A stretch of 64,000 nucleotides of DNA from Takakia lepidozioides (Eukaryota; Plantae; Bryophyta), in assembly GCA_030704615.1 (NCBI GenBank), contig CM060731.1:58652001-58716000 (forward strand), written 5' to 3'. Of the stretch, positions 38,769 to 49,845 are shown piece by piece. How positions within the stretch are numbered: position 1 is the first letter of the stretch; each line of letters begins with the position of its first letter. The notes under the pieces are model-generated. The model was not told the origin of the DNA. It saw only the letters and a program-made list of their open reading frames with translations, and searched no databases. The position numbers and the translations under genes are program-made.

Positions 38769-39292
38769 TAGTTCCCTACGCATTGGTCGCTTTCCGGCTT
38801 GCATGCTTACTCACTAGCTTTTGGTCACCAACGGGCTTGCACCGTTCTCGGGGTTACTACTCCATATATATACTTCTGTAGGTTTCCGCGGGGGTTCCAC
38901 AAACAGCCAAGTCCAAATCTGGTGCACCACCACCAAAGACCCTCAACTCCCTCTGAAGAGTCACGGTGAGTCTTGGTCCACCCACCACGGCCCCAATGGA
39001 CCGTGGTGACTCCCCATGACTCCCACCACAAGGCCTCAGCCTCATGGTGAGTCCTATGCCACCCCCACTACGACTCCCTAAGCTACCACCACCCCTCGTG
39101 GAGTCCCCCCGACCGCAACCCGGTTTGCGGGGCTCCACCTAGTGAGTGCCTTTGCCTCCTTCAGTGCCGAAGGCACTCAAGGGTGCTTTAGCCCCCATCC
39201 CTATTCGCTGCCGCTGCCCCCACTGCCCCCACCACAAGGGCAACCCCTCTTGTGTCCCGACCCCCCGCCTTCAAGGCTAAGGGCCACGACAC
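38769..39292 (+). repeat. GC-rich structured interspersed element (SINE-like)
   Basis: Second, rearranged copy at 48967-49171 + 52681-52990; no convincing ORF. Confidence 0.7.
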
Positions 39293-40649
39293 ACACCCCT
39301 ACCAACGACGAGTCGATGTCCTCATCAACTTGTCCCTTTTTGTGGAAATTAACATCCAAGTTGTGGCGTCGACCCACATCAAGGAGTATGTTTCTGTGCC
39401 ATGGCGTCCCATGGCAAAGAACCAAACCCCAACTTGACTCTTACTCCCCATTAGCTAGTTCGACCGACTTCCTCCAAGTCACGGCCAAGGGTGGAGCCTC
39501 TCAAGCTCCACCCAGTGCACTCTTCTTGGCCCACTTCATGGCCAAGGAACGATCACTATAAGGAATAGGTGCTTTTCGCACCGGACTCGATTCTGTCCGA
39601 AACGACTGCGCGTGGGACTCCAGGTTGTGAATGACGACATGCCAGTCGTCGCAGTCGTTTTTATGCTACGCTAGCATAAAGGATGGAGTATACAAGTTGC
39701 GGAAGTGAACTCCGGGTTTCATGCCGATTTATAGGCTGATTTCCAAAAATATGGAAAACATATTTTTTATATTAATGAAATTTGCAGTCGTGTTGACGAC
39801 TGCGGGTTGGACCCCCTAGGGACATTTTTAGGGATTGTAACCCATATGGCACTATTTTGAAATTACAATGACACGCGTGGAATTGTGAGCGGGAGAGCAG
39901 TTGCAGGATTGGGTGGATCAAAAGCGGCATGTGTTGAGTCCATTGGAAGTCCATGGAATTTTTATTTTTTTTGAGTCTATTGTTTTCAGTTTATTCTAAA
40001 AAAAATAGATAGTAATATACATAACATTTTCAGTAAAGAGTCCCTCCTCAAATATTGATAATATTTTTTACTAGATATTTTAATCGTTAATATGAAAAAA
40101 CTTTTAGACGTCAAAATCTAAAATTTACAACCACTCGTCCATATACCAGCTGGCACCTCTAGATTATAGGTTTGTATGTCTTTTTAGTAAAAGACGACAC
40201 CTCAAAAACCCAAAACATAAGATGCTATGGACTAGAGCAAATCAACCTGTTTTTTGGTGCAAAATAGTCCATAGCTCTCAATCCCTAAGATAACTAGTCC
40301 ATATAAAAATGGATTTGGGTTGGATTTAAAAATGACACCCCTAGTGTGTTTTCCTTTCTGCCATTGTATGAGTGTACATGATGTTTTTTCAGTCCATAAG
40401 ATTTTATGTGTAACATCTGCACTCCACAGTAATCAACTTAAAAAGTCCATGGCTCTCTGGTACATGATTGTTTTTGCAATCTAACAATTGGTACACATAC
40501 CTATTATAGTTAGAAACCCCACACCACATAAATTTAGATGAAATATTGAGTTATTGGACAAATATGGGTAAAATCATAGAGGGCGGTCACTGCAGAAACT
40601 GCCCTGTTATGCAAAAACTGAAACTGGGATTGGCAGGTGGAGGCATAAG

Positions 40650-42660
40650 TGTTTGACATGTTGTTAGGGTATTTAGGCAAGTGATATGTGGATCCGATGT
40701 CCAGTTGTATGGGGGTAGTGCTAGGTATAATAGTGAGGGCACGTCTGATCGTGTGGTATGTGTTAAGATGTGATGTCTATGTACATTTTTGAGTACGGGT
40801 AAGGTAGCCACTATTTTGTTTTGAGCTTGTAGTTTGTGGGATTTCAGAAAGGGCAGAGTAGGTGGCAATGACACTTTTGGTCATTTCTTCCATTGAAGTT
40901 GTGAGTATGATCTTGGCTTCGATCCAGGCTTTGTCAGGGGATTGCTTGAGGTTTGCTTCGGAGAGTATGTCGGAGAGTTTTAGCATAAGGTGCAAGGATG
41001 TTGGTTGGAAGTGCTTTAGGAAGGTGACTATGTTATTGTGGGGGAGTGGGGATAAAATTCTAGATTGCGGCGGTGGAACATGTATGGGTGGAATAGGTCT
41101 AAAGGGGATGAGGGATGGTGGGATAGTTACTGATACGGGATAATGGTCGGAATTGCATAAACTATTAATCCTAGAGACCAGGAATGGGCGTAAACTAGGG
41201 GCATGTGAGGGCATGTACGAGTGTATAAGGATAATGGGGGGGAGCGCGGGGAGGTGTAGTTTGATGATTTGAAGGTGTGATCAGAGGGGGAGAGCGACAG
41301 GTATTTTGGCCGTGGTGCAAGGGGAATGATGAGTGCGGAGGATACCAAAAGCCACCCTTCCCCGGGTAGGATGGTATGGCGTGGAGCGTCTAGTTAGGCA
41401 CTGTACGGCTGTGAATGAGTTACCATACAACATATAGTAGGCTGGAAGCAATTTGTTGATATAGGAACTATTGGGGTTGTGTGTGTTGAGTTTAGTTTCT
41501 TGTAATATGATGATATGCGGGGGTGTAGAATCCGTGAGATGGATAAGGCTTTGAATGCTGGTGGCAATTGATCCTACATTCCAAGTAAGTATGTTGAGTG
41601 CGTGTGCTTGCTGGGAGGAGGAGGTGTGTGGGGGATTGCTGGGTGTTGGAGGTGGGTCGCTGGTGGAGCTGGGCATGCAAGATGGGGTGGTGGATGGCGG
41701 TGTCATGGACATGGGTTGATATCCAGGGATGTCTGTCTTGGCTTGAATGGTTGCAATGATAATTTGTTTGGAGAGGAATGGGAATTTGTTGGTGATAGTA
41801 TCTAGCTCGTATATGGTTGCAGTTGGGTGTGCCAGGTGTTCGCCGAGAATCCTATGGACTTCTCTGGGCTTGGCTTGTAGTAGGCCGAGAGATTCATGGA
41901 GGTTGTGTAGGTAATGTGGGGGTGCTAGATATCTGTGAGGTAGTGTGGGTAAATCATGCAGTTGTTGTAGTAGTGAGCAAATGTATGTGTCTGGTTGGGT
42001 TCGAAAGTAGTCGTTGCATATTGAGGGTATTAGGGAGATGATGATGATTAGTGTGAATAGGAGGTGTTGTATGGGGTATGTGTTGAGTTTATGGGTGGCA
42101 CGGACTAGAGATGGGTGTTGGTAGGTAGAGAGCCTAAAGGTGGCAATTGGGTGTGTCGGTTTGCTGTTAGTGGTGGAAGGGTTGGGGAGAAAGGGAGAGA
42201 AGTGGCCACTAAGGTGTTGATATGCAGGTACGAGTCAAACAGTGTTAATTTGCTTGGAAATTTAGTGCATATCTGTCTTTATGGTCCTTTGAAAGCTTGT
42301 TGATGATGCTACTGATGTTAGAGGGGCCTGGGTTTGGGTGGATGTCGCCGCAACGTAGTAGTATGAGCGTTGAACACAGACAAGTTTATAAGACCTAAAG
42401 TGGGACGGTGGATGGTGAGAGGAATGTTTAGACATGCGAGAGGTTTCTGTTGATATCTCTCATGTGGGCAGTGGGTTATAAGTTGGATTTTGAGGGAAGG
42501 GGGGATAGAGGTGCGTGGGGAGTAGCTATAAAAAAGGTGTATGAGGGGGATGGGTTTTGGTGGTAGCGTAGTGGGTATGAGTAGAGCTGGTTGTTTGTGT
42601 ATGTATGGGGGATTTTATTGTATTTAGATTAGTGTGTGGATTCATCCGGTGGCCATGGAA
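40650..42660 (-). mobile_element. 5' part of Dualen/RandI-like LINE (2A-like motif, APE)
   Basis: GDIHPNPGP; ILTWNV..LQETKL; YMP; SDHYPV; downstream PFRPIPP..IILTT.M.EMTK aligns with 34890-35140. Confidence 0.82.
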
Positions 42661-42751
42661 GGGGTTTGTCGTGCGCATACACCTCGCTACACAACTACAT
42701 CGTTGTCCAAACCACACAACATATACATACACACAAATCAGTCTGCCACAA

Positions 42752-43118
42752 TGATTAATAAAAACTAGACCCCATCACTTATACATTACGAGTCAAGCCA
42801 AGCACACCCCAAAAGCTATGGGGAATGTGCACTACGCATGCCATAGCCGACGTGGGAGGCTCAACTCAAGAGAGATGAGCCTCACCGCGCATTCGTTGTG
42901 AATATAAACCACGCGCAGGGGCCAACAAATATCTTGACCCCTGGGTTGACACTTGGATCAAGCCCAAGTGTCATATATAAAAACTAATTATTTATTGGCT
43001 AGTTTCACACTACTAGTAAACTTTACTTTACAGTTGTCATGCGCATATACCTCGCTACACAACTACATTGTTGTCCAAACCACACAACATATACATACAC
43101 ACAAATCAGTCTGCCACA
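42752..43118 (-). mobile_element. 3' LTR (367 bp) with PPT; partial tandem copy at 42666-42750
   Basis: Minus strand: purine tract taggggggcgat immediately before TGTGGCAG; ends ..TAATCA. Confidence 0.65.
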
Positions 43119-43227
43119 ATCGCCCCCCTAGCTGGTGGTTAGGTCCCTCTAACTCCGCTATGGCTTGAAAAATTTCTAACAACTAGTGTGATCAACTTAT
43201 GGTGGCCTCCTAAGCTCTAAATTTTCA

Positions 43228-43620
43228 TAAGGGTCTGGCCCCCAACAGATCTGCACTTGTAGTTCAAGTTTCCGAACGTGTAGGTACTCAAATGGGCCTA
43301 TCTTCTTGTCAACTGCTCTAGTTTGGGTGGGCTATGGCTTGGTGGATCTGTTACAAGTAGGGTGATGAAGACATGTAGCATCCATATCCATAAACATTTA
43401 TAAGGGGTTCTGGTCTCGCCCACAATAGATCTGCACTTGTCATTCAAGTTTCCAGATATACATGTACTCAAATGTGCCTATCTTCTTGCCATTTTCTCTA
43501 GTTTAGGTGGGCTATGGCTTGGTGGATTTGTTACAAGTAGGGTGGTGAAGATAAGATAGCTTCTAGAACCATAATGGTTTCTAAGGGGTTGCGGTCTAGC
43601 CCCTAGCAGATCTACTTGGA
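43228..43620. repeat. ~180-bp degenerate tandem repeat (x2+), LTR-element internal region
   Basis: Repeated agatctgcacttgt..tcaagtttcc..gggctatggcttggtggat. Confidence 0.8.
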
Positions 43621-43831
43621 AGCTGCAGCAGCAGCGACACAATCGTTAAAATCAGGCACTGCTAATGAAGGCACATTCTTCAACACATTCCATCATGTTT
43701 TTCCCTCTTATTAGAATCGGCCATGTTGAATTCTCATAGTTAGCTGGTTGAGTGAACCTTTGATAGTTTGGAGTGACTGATATGATACTGCCAATGTGAC
43801 AACAAAAAAGTGTCCAGAAATAGGTAACAGA

Positions 43832-44185
43832 GATGAGGAGAAGCTGTGGAATGAATACTTTTCTGACCCCAACCAATGGTGGGACAATCGAGGCATGAAG
43901 GTGAATGCCTGTTGGATTATAGAGAGTAGCAGATGCAATTGAGCATAAGAACTAGTGTGATAAGTAGGGTTGGGGTGTTTGCTAGAACAAATCTAGGCTG
44001 TCATTGTCAGCTGCTAGCAGCAAGCCAAGGATGAATGCATGATTTGTGCAGAGGCATGGATAGCTGAAGGAGCAGAGATAGAGTGTGGGTCCAGATTCAT
44101 CCAAGAGGGTCAGATTTCAAGCATAAGGTTACCTATGGTTCCCTGTGGATCAATAGCTACAAGAAACCTGCATGGGTAGATGGTC
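43832..44185 (+). pseudogene. OSB-type PDF motif fragment split by ~190-bp insert
   Basis: EKLWNEYFSDPNQWWDNRGMKVN (43832-43906) and PRGSDFKHKVTYGSLW..KPAWV (44101-44185). Confidence 0.7.
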
Positions 44186-44583
44186 TATCACTGACCAAAA
44201 GGCAGGAAAATAGTTCATGGCTTTTAGCATGCCTGCGGAGACGTATTGTAGATGTAGTATGTCACCCTTTATCATGGTTGGATTTTGTTGACTCTCTTCC
44301 AACGCTTATTGTCTTGGATTCTATTCTGTTTTTTGAATGGTGAATCTTCAAGAGTATTTGGATTTGTAGATTCATTTGGAATATATGGGAATTGTAGGAG
44401 AATTGTATGGGAATGTATGAATCACTTACACACCACTCTGTTAGTGGTATATGTAAGACTGTGACAATAGGCAAGAGTGGTTGTACTCCTCCAGATGTAG
44501 CCCCAATCACTTACATACCACTCTGGTAGTAATAATTCAAATACATGGTTCCTACTTGGTGGGACACACTGGATGACTCAGTT

Positions 44584-44744
44584 AGTGGTTTTAGCACACA
44601 ACCTAACCACTATATCAATACTGGTAGAACCACTCCGTCAGTGGTTTTAGCACACAACCTAACCACTACATTGATACTGGTAGAACCACTCAGTAAGTGG
44701 TTTTAGCACACAACCAAACCACTACATCAACACTATTAGAACCA
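44584..44744. repeat. 56-bp tandem repeat x3 in an accact/agtggt-rich tract (~44420-45135)
   Basis: agtggttttagcacacaacc at 44584, 44640 and 44696; looks like TE subterminal motifs. Confidence 0.85.
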
Positions 44745-46002
44745 CATTTGTAATATGGCCACGTGTCCAGATAATGGAGCCCATAATTGTCTAACTGGAT
44801 TCGGCCACGTGTCCGTGTGAATACGGACACGTGTCCGTCGATTGTTAAGTATGATCGACAGATTGGCTGCGTCCACGTCGCATACGGTGGATGTGGTATG
44901 TTGTGAAGTGGTTGGTTTACCACTGTGATACGTCATAAGTGGTAAGTTTACCACTGTGACACGTAAGCGAACAGCTGGACTCGGAGGCAAGTGATCGTAA
45001 CCACTGTCTTTAACCACTTCGAACTCGTCATGTCTTTAACCATTGTTGAGTCAAGATCCACTAGTTCTAGACCACTCTGGGGCCAAAGTGGTTGGGTGTC
45101 TTTTCCCACTCAAAATGAGTGGTTACCAGAGTGGTTATTCCGCGTTTTTCTTCTAGTGTGATCCAAGGGGTTGACGGCAGTAACGATAGTATTGAAAATG
45201 AGGGCCTTCCTTCCCGGCCTTGCCCAAACAAACAAAGTATGTGATTTCATCGCAGGGGAGCAGCATATTGGAGCTGTGAGTTGCATCCCTTTCAGCTGCC
45301 GGAACACCTTCCAGCCCGTCACAAACCAGCATCGGGGGTACTGGTCTTTAGCAGCAACCCTCTGTTGCCAATTTCTTGCATCCTCAGCAACCAGATCATC
45401 ATGTTGACTAGACACGGACGATTCCAGCTGGGTAATTAGAGCAATTTTTTCTGTGAGTTCCATCCTTGACCTATTAAGTTGAGAATGTAGCTCCATGTTT
45501 CCAACTGTGAGCTCTTTCGAGTCTGCCTCTAGTTCTTCCATATTTTGTTGCAATGTTTTTGCCATCCTTTGTAGGTTTGGAACATGTGCAAAGAAAGAAT
45601 GGGTTGTAGCATGTAGGTAGTGTCGCATACCGTTTAGTCTTGGAGGGAGGTTGAGGGTAGAGTGGGTATGAGAACGTATTTGTGCAACCAAGGCCTTAGT
45701 TGGGCCAGGGGGGACTTTTGATAGCCAGCACGCCACCGTCCTCCAGGATTCGAAGAAGGCCAGTGCAATCGCGGTCTTCCTCTAGTTTGGTCTGCCAACC
45801 CGTTGGTCATGGGGTAGTAACTAGCCATTATCGATGAGCCCTCGAGACTGAGGCTTGGAGGAGAAACAGTTGCATTATGTGTTTGCGCTTCCTTCCTCTC
45901 AAGAGAACTCTTCATTATTCGTGTTGGTGCACTCATCAGATTCTCTGCTTTGGCGAGGCTTGCAGCTTGTAAATCCCCGTAAGCATTCCGAATGTGCTTG
46001 AT

Positions 46003-47661
46003 GGAGGAAAGCTAGCGTGTGAGCGCGCTCACGCTTAGCGCACTAAGCGTGAGCAGATTTCTTAAGCGTGAGCACATAAGAGAAGCGGAGCCTATAGCCG
46101 TGGGAAAAGCAGGACCTATTGTCGTGGGGGCAATGTTGAGTGGAACGGAGGGTAATATACGATGCCTGGGACCTAAGACGTCGAGTTCCATGAATAAAAA
46201 TTTGAGAGGAATGTGTAGCGAAATTCTTAAGGATTAATAGCTATGTGGAATGGATGAATGTAGGATGAATGCACGATGACAAAAGATGGATGAATGAAGC
46301 GTGGATGACAACAACACGAGATTAATTTCGGAGAACTTGAAATCAACCTTGTGTCAACACGAGGTTGATTTCCGAGTGGAAGTGGATGATTACGTTTTTT
46401 TTTTTTTTTTGAAAAAAGATGTTTTCATTTCTCAAATCAAGGTTGCGTGAACGCAAGATTGATTTGCATCCTGCGACTTTTTTTTGGTGTTTTTCTTGCG
46501 TTTTTTTGTTTTTGTTTTTGTTTTTGTTTTCCGGTCATGCAAATCAACCTTGTGTCAACGCAAGGTTGATTTGAGAAATGAAAGCATCCTTTCTCCCCAC
46601 CAAGAAAAAAAAAGAAAAAAAGAAAAAAAGCCGGATGGAAATCAACCTTGCATTTACGCAAGGTTGATTTGAGGAATGAAGGCATCATTTTTCAAAAACA
46701 AAAGGAAAAAAAAAGGAAAAAAAAAGGAAAAAAGTTGAAGTCATAGGATGCAAATTAACCTTGCGTTGATGCAACCTTGATTTGAGAAATGAAAGCATAT
46801 TTTTTGCACTGTTTTTTGCATTTTGTATGGGCAAATCAACCTTGCGTTGACGCAAGGTCGATTTGAGAAATGAAAGCATCGTTTTTTCCAAAAAAAAGAC
46901 AAAAGAAAACAAAAAAATTGAAGTCGTAGGATGCTAAACAACCTTGCGTTGACGCAACCTTGATTTGAGAAATAAAAACATATTTTTTTCCAAAAACAAA
47001 AGTTGAAGTCGCAGGATGCAAATCAACCTTGCGTTGATGCAACCTTGATTTGAGAAATGAAAACATCATTTTTGCACTGTTTTTCACATTTTGTATGGGA
47101 CACAATCAAGGTTGCGTTAACGCAACCTTGATTATGCTATGGATTTCAATCGCATCTTTCGGGAAATAAATCTTCGTCTTGCTTAGTGTTTCATGTCTTC
47201 TAGTCTTTTGGGAAGTTCAGGGATCAACCTTGCGTCAACGCGACATTGATTACAAGGGGGTTTAATGGGAATTAACAAGCACCTGCTGCATCTGTGTTTT
47301 CTGAATGTATGGTTCAGGTACATCTACCATATCCTCATTCCGGGGAAGTACCTGAGCGATGACCCTCGATAATACATCTAGTCTTTAACCATCCACTCAT
47401 CCATTGTTCATGCATTGCGAAGCATATGTCTATCCATCAGCCATCTCGCATTCAACCATTCATGAATTATTCATCCAGCATTCATCCAGCAGTCATCCAA
47501 GTACACATGATATGTACACTCATTCCCGCGGAAATAGGTCTCCCGGAGCTTCCTCATCCGCGATTGTAGGCCCATGCACCCTATTATGTGAGCAACTTTC
47601 CGCTCACGGATTGGCATCTTCCCGCTCACGCATCTTTCCGCTCACAGACTAGCGATCCCCC
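46003..47661. mobile_element. Non-autonomous long-TIR (Mutator/fold-back-like) element
   Basis: Diverged inverted ends (gctag..tgtgagcg vs cgctcaca..ctagc; ggatgaatg vs cattcatcc); no TSD found. Confidence 0.5.
46341..47251. repeat. Array of ten 30-bp palindromes aatcaaCCttgcgtNNacgcaaGGttgatt
   Basis: Units at ~46341, 46435, 46542, 46640, 46753, 46834, 46936, 47021, 47104 and 47222. Confidence 0.92.
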
Positions 47662-49845
47662 TTGTGAATGAGGTCCGTTGTTCAACGATGCTGAGTTTGC
47701 AAACAGTACTTGCGTCAAGGCGGTTTGCATTTCTGATTGAAGGATTCTGTTGGCACCTAGGGCAGGCTCCTGAGCTGCTGTCGTTCAGGATGCAACATTT
47801 GTCTAACTGGGTGCTAGAGAAGAATTTCTGTAGTTCTCTCTCCAAATCATGACATCTGACAATCGGCCAACGTAGTTCAAATGGTGTAGAGTAAGGTTCT
47901 GCCTAACAGCCTCCATCAACATGCCAGGTGAGCCAGACGGCTCTTGGTCAGTATCCCCTGATAGTCTGCCACAACATTGCACGTAGTATTGTTGCCGAAA
48001 ATGCCCTGGTGGCTTGCGGTGGGTTGCGTAAGCATTCCGAATGTGCTTGATGAAGGGGAGTTGAAAGAGAGCCTTACAACTGTAGTGATAACAGGAGGGC
48101 TTGATAACGGGTTCTGGGCGGAGGTGGTGCGCATCCGTGGTGATAACCTGGGGAGTGGAGTTCAGCGCCAGAGATGGAGCTTCTTCAATGTAGGTGTCAT
48201 CCGTGATGATCTTCGAGGGTTGCAGCGGGTAGTCAGTCGTCGTTGGTTTCTGTTTAGCTCGTAGCATAAAGTAGTATGGTTCATTAACCAAACGAAGCCG
48301 TGTGAGACCAAGACACTGTGAGAACTCCAGACACGCATCTTGAGCATGCGGACGGGTGAACTCCATGTTATGAGCAGCCATTGAAACATTGAGAGAAAGA
48401 AACCATATGAAAACTATTGTAGAGTACCAAAAACTCATCGAGAGCGCCATGTGCAGGAGCGCAAAAGCTAGGGAGCTGCAGCAGAAGAGATTTTCGTTCG
48501 GATTGAATTGGAAAAACACCAAAATCACCAGGGTCGTCGGCCCTAGTACTTCGCCACCACGATCTAGGGAAGCCTGTTACTTTGTCCGTGAGTGAAGTCG
48601 CACATGAGCAAGCAAGCAGCAAAGGCTCAAGATAATTTCCAAAAAGAACTAGCACGATCAAATCGTCCTGAAAACCTGAAAAAAATGGCTTGCAAGAAGC
48701 GCCTATGAGAGATAAGGGTCAACGTAAGGGAATGAGAAGGGGTTGAACACAAAAAGCGCTATATCAAAAGAAGCATCGAGCTGGCCTATGGCGGCGGCCA
48801 TAGCTACACACGCTAGCGGGAATTAAATAAGGGGCATCGCAAAATATGATGAAACTAAATACGAGAAAGAGGAAATAAAATAGCAGAACCCTAGAGAGAC
48901 AATTTAGCGGGAAAGTTAGCAGAGAGTTCAGCGGGAGAGCGGAGCTCCACCCTCCTGCGCGTTGTATAGCTCCCCACACCTTGGTCGCTTTCCGGCTCGC
49001 ATGCTTACTCACTAGTTTTTGGTCACCAACGGGCTTGCACCGTTCTCGGGGTTACTACTCCTTATATATACTTATGTAGGTATCCGCGGGGGTTCCACAA
49101 ACAGCCAAGTCCAAATCTGGTGCATCACCACCAAGATCCTCGACTCCCGGTGATGAATCGCGGTGAGTCTTAGTAACAGGTCTGCCCTACATTGTAGCAT
49201 GTTACCAGATAAATTCTTTAAAGCCATCAGCTTGTCATATCATTGCTCCATTGTCACATCAGTATGCCATAGGGAACAAGAGATAGTCGCCCTAATGATT
49301 GTCATAAAGTAACAATCGGGAAATCTTATATCAAACTTTTAGTGTTTACCCACCCCTTGTTTTGGGTAAAACATGTGTACAAAACCAAAGGGGGCAGGTA
49401 TTGGGACTTAGGTAATGAAGTCTGGCAGGGGTTTACCACCTGGTTATATTCAGACAAAACATGTACCAGCAGCATATCATAATTGGGTATTTTTTTTATG
49501 GTGCTATAAAGAGCAAAGCCATAACCAGGAGAAAACATAGAAACATTTGAGCCAAAGAAATGGAACTCATTCTTATCGTAAGGTATCTAAATCTGACATA
49601 AGGCATCGGCTACAAGGGACCGGCAAACAAGAGTAATGTGCATTGACCGGATCATGTATTAGGTGTACACGTCTACTCCAGCAAGCTGTCTTACCGAGGC
49701 CTAGCTCAAAATTTCAGCATTCATAAGCCCTATAGATGTTCTATGCTTATCTCAGGTACCTTCGAGGATGCCTTACTCTCCATGCCCAATTAGCCAACAT
49801 ATTTTTGCTGGAGAAGATCTTACCTTATGAAGGACTTGCTTGCTC

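Noticed and set aside
38945-38985. Hammerhead ribozyme (ctgaaga)
   Set aside because: No stem II followed by GAAA, and the core is not kept in the second copy.
46341-47251. CRISPR array (30-bp palindromic repeats with spacers)
   Set aside because: Spacers are low-complexity, related to each other (tgagaaatgaaa, gaagtc..aggatgc) and variable in length; no cas genes; eukaryotic context.
45110-48661. Host genes from the 208-aa and 241-aa ORFs; 26-bp direct repeat at 45978 and 48027
   Set aside because: No recognisable domain; likely TE-derived, and the repeat could not be tied to a defined structure.
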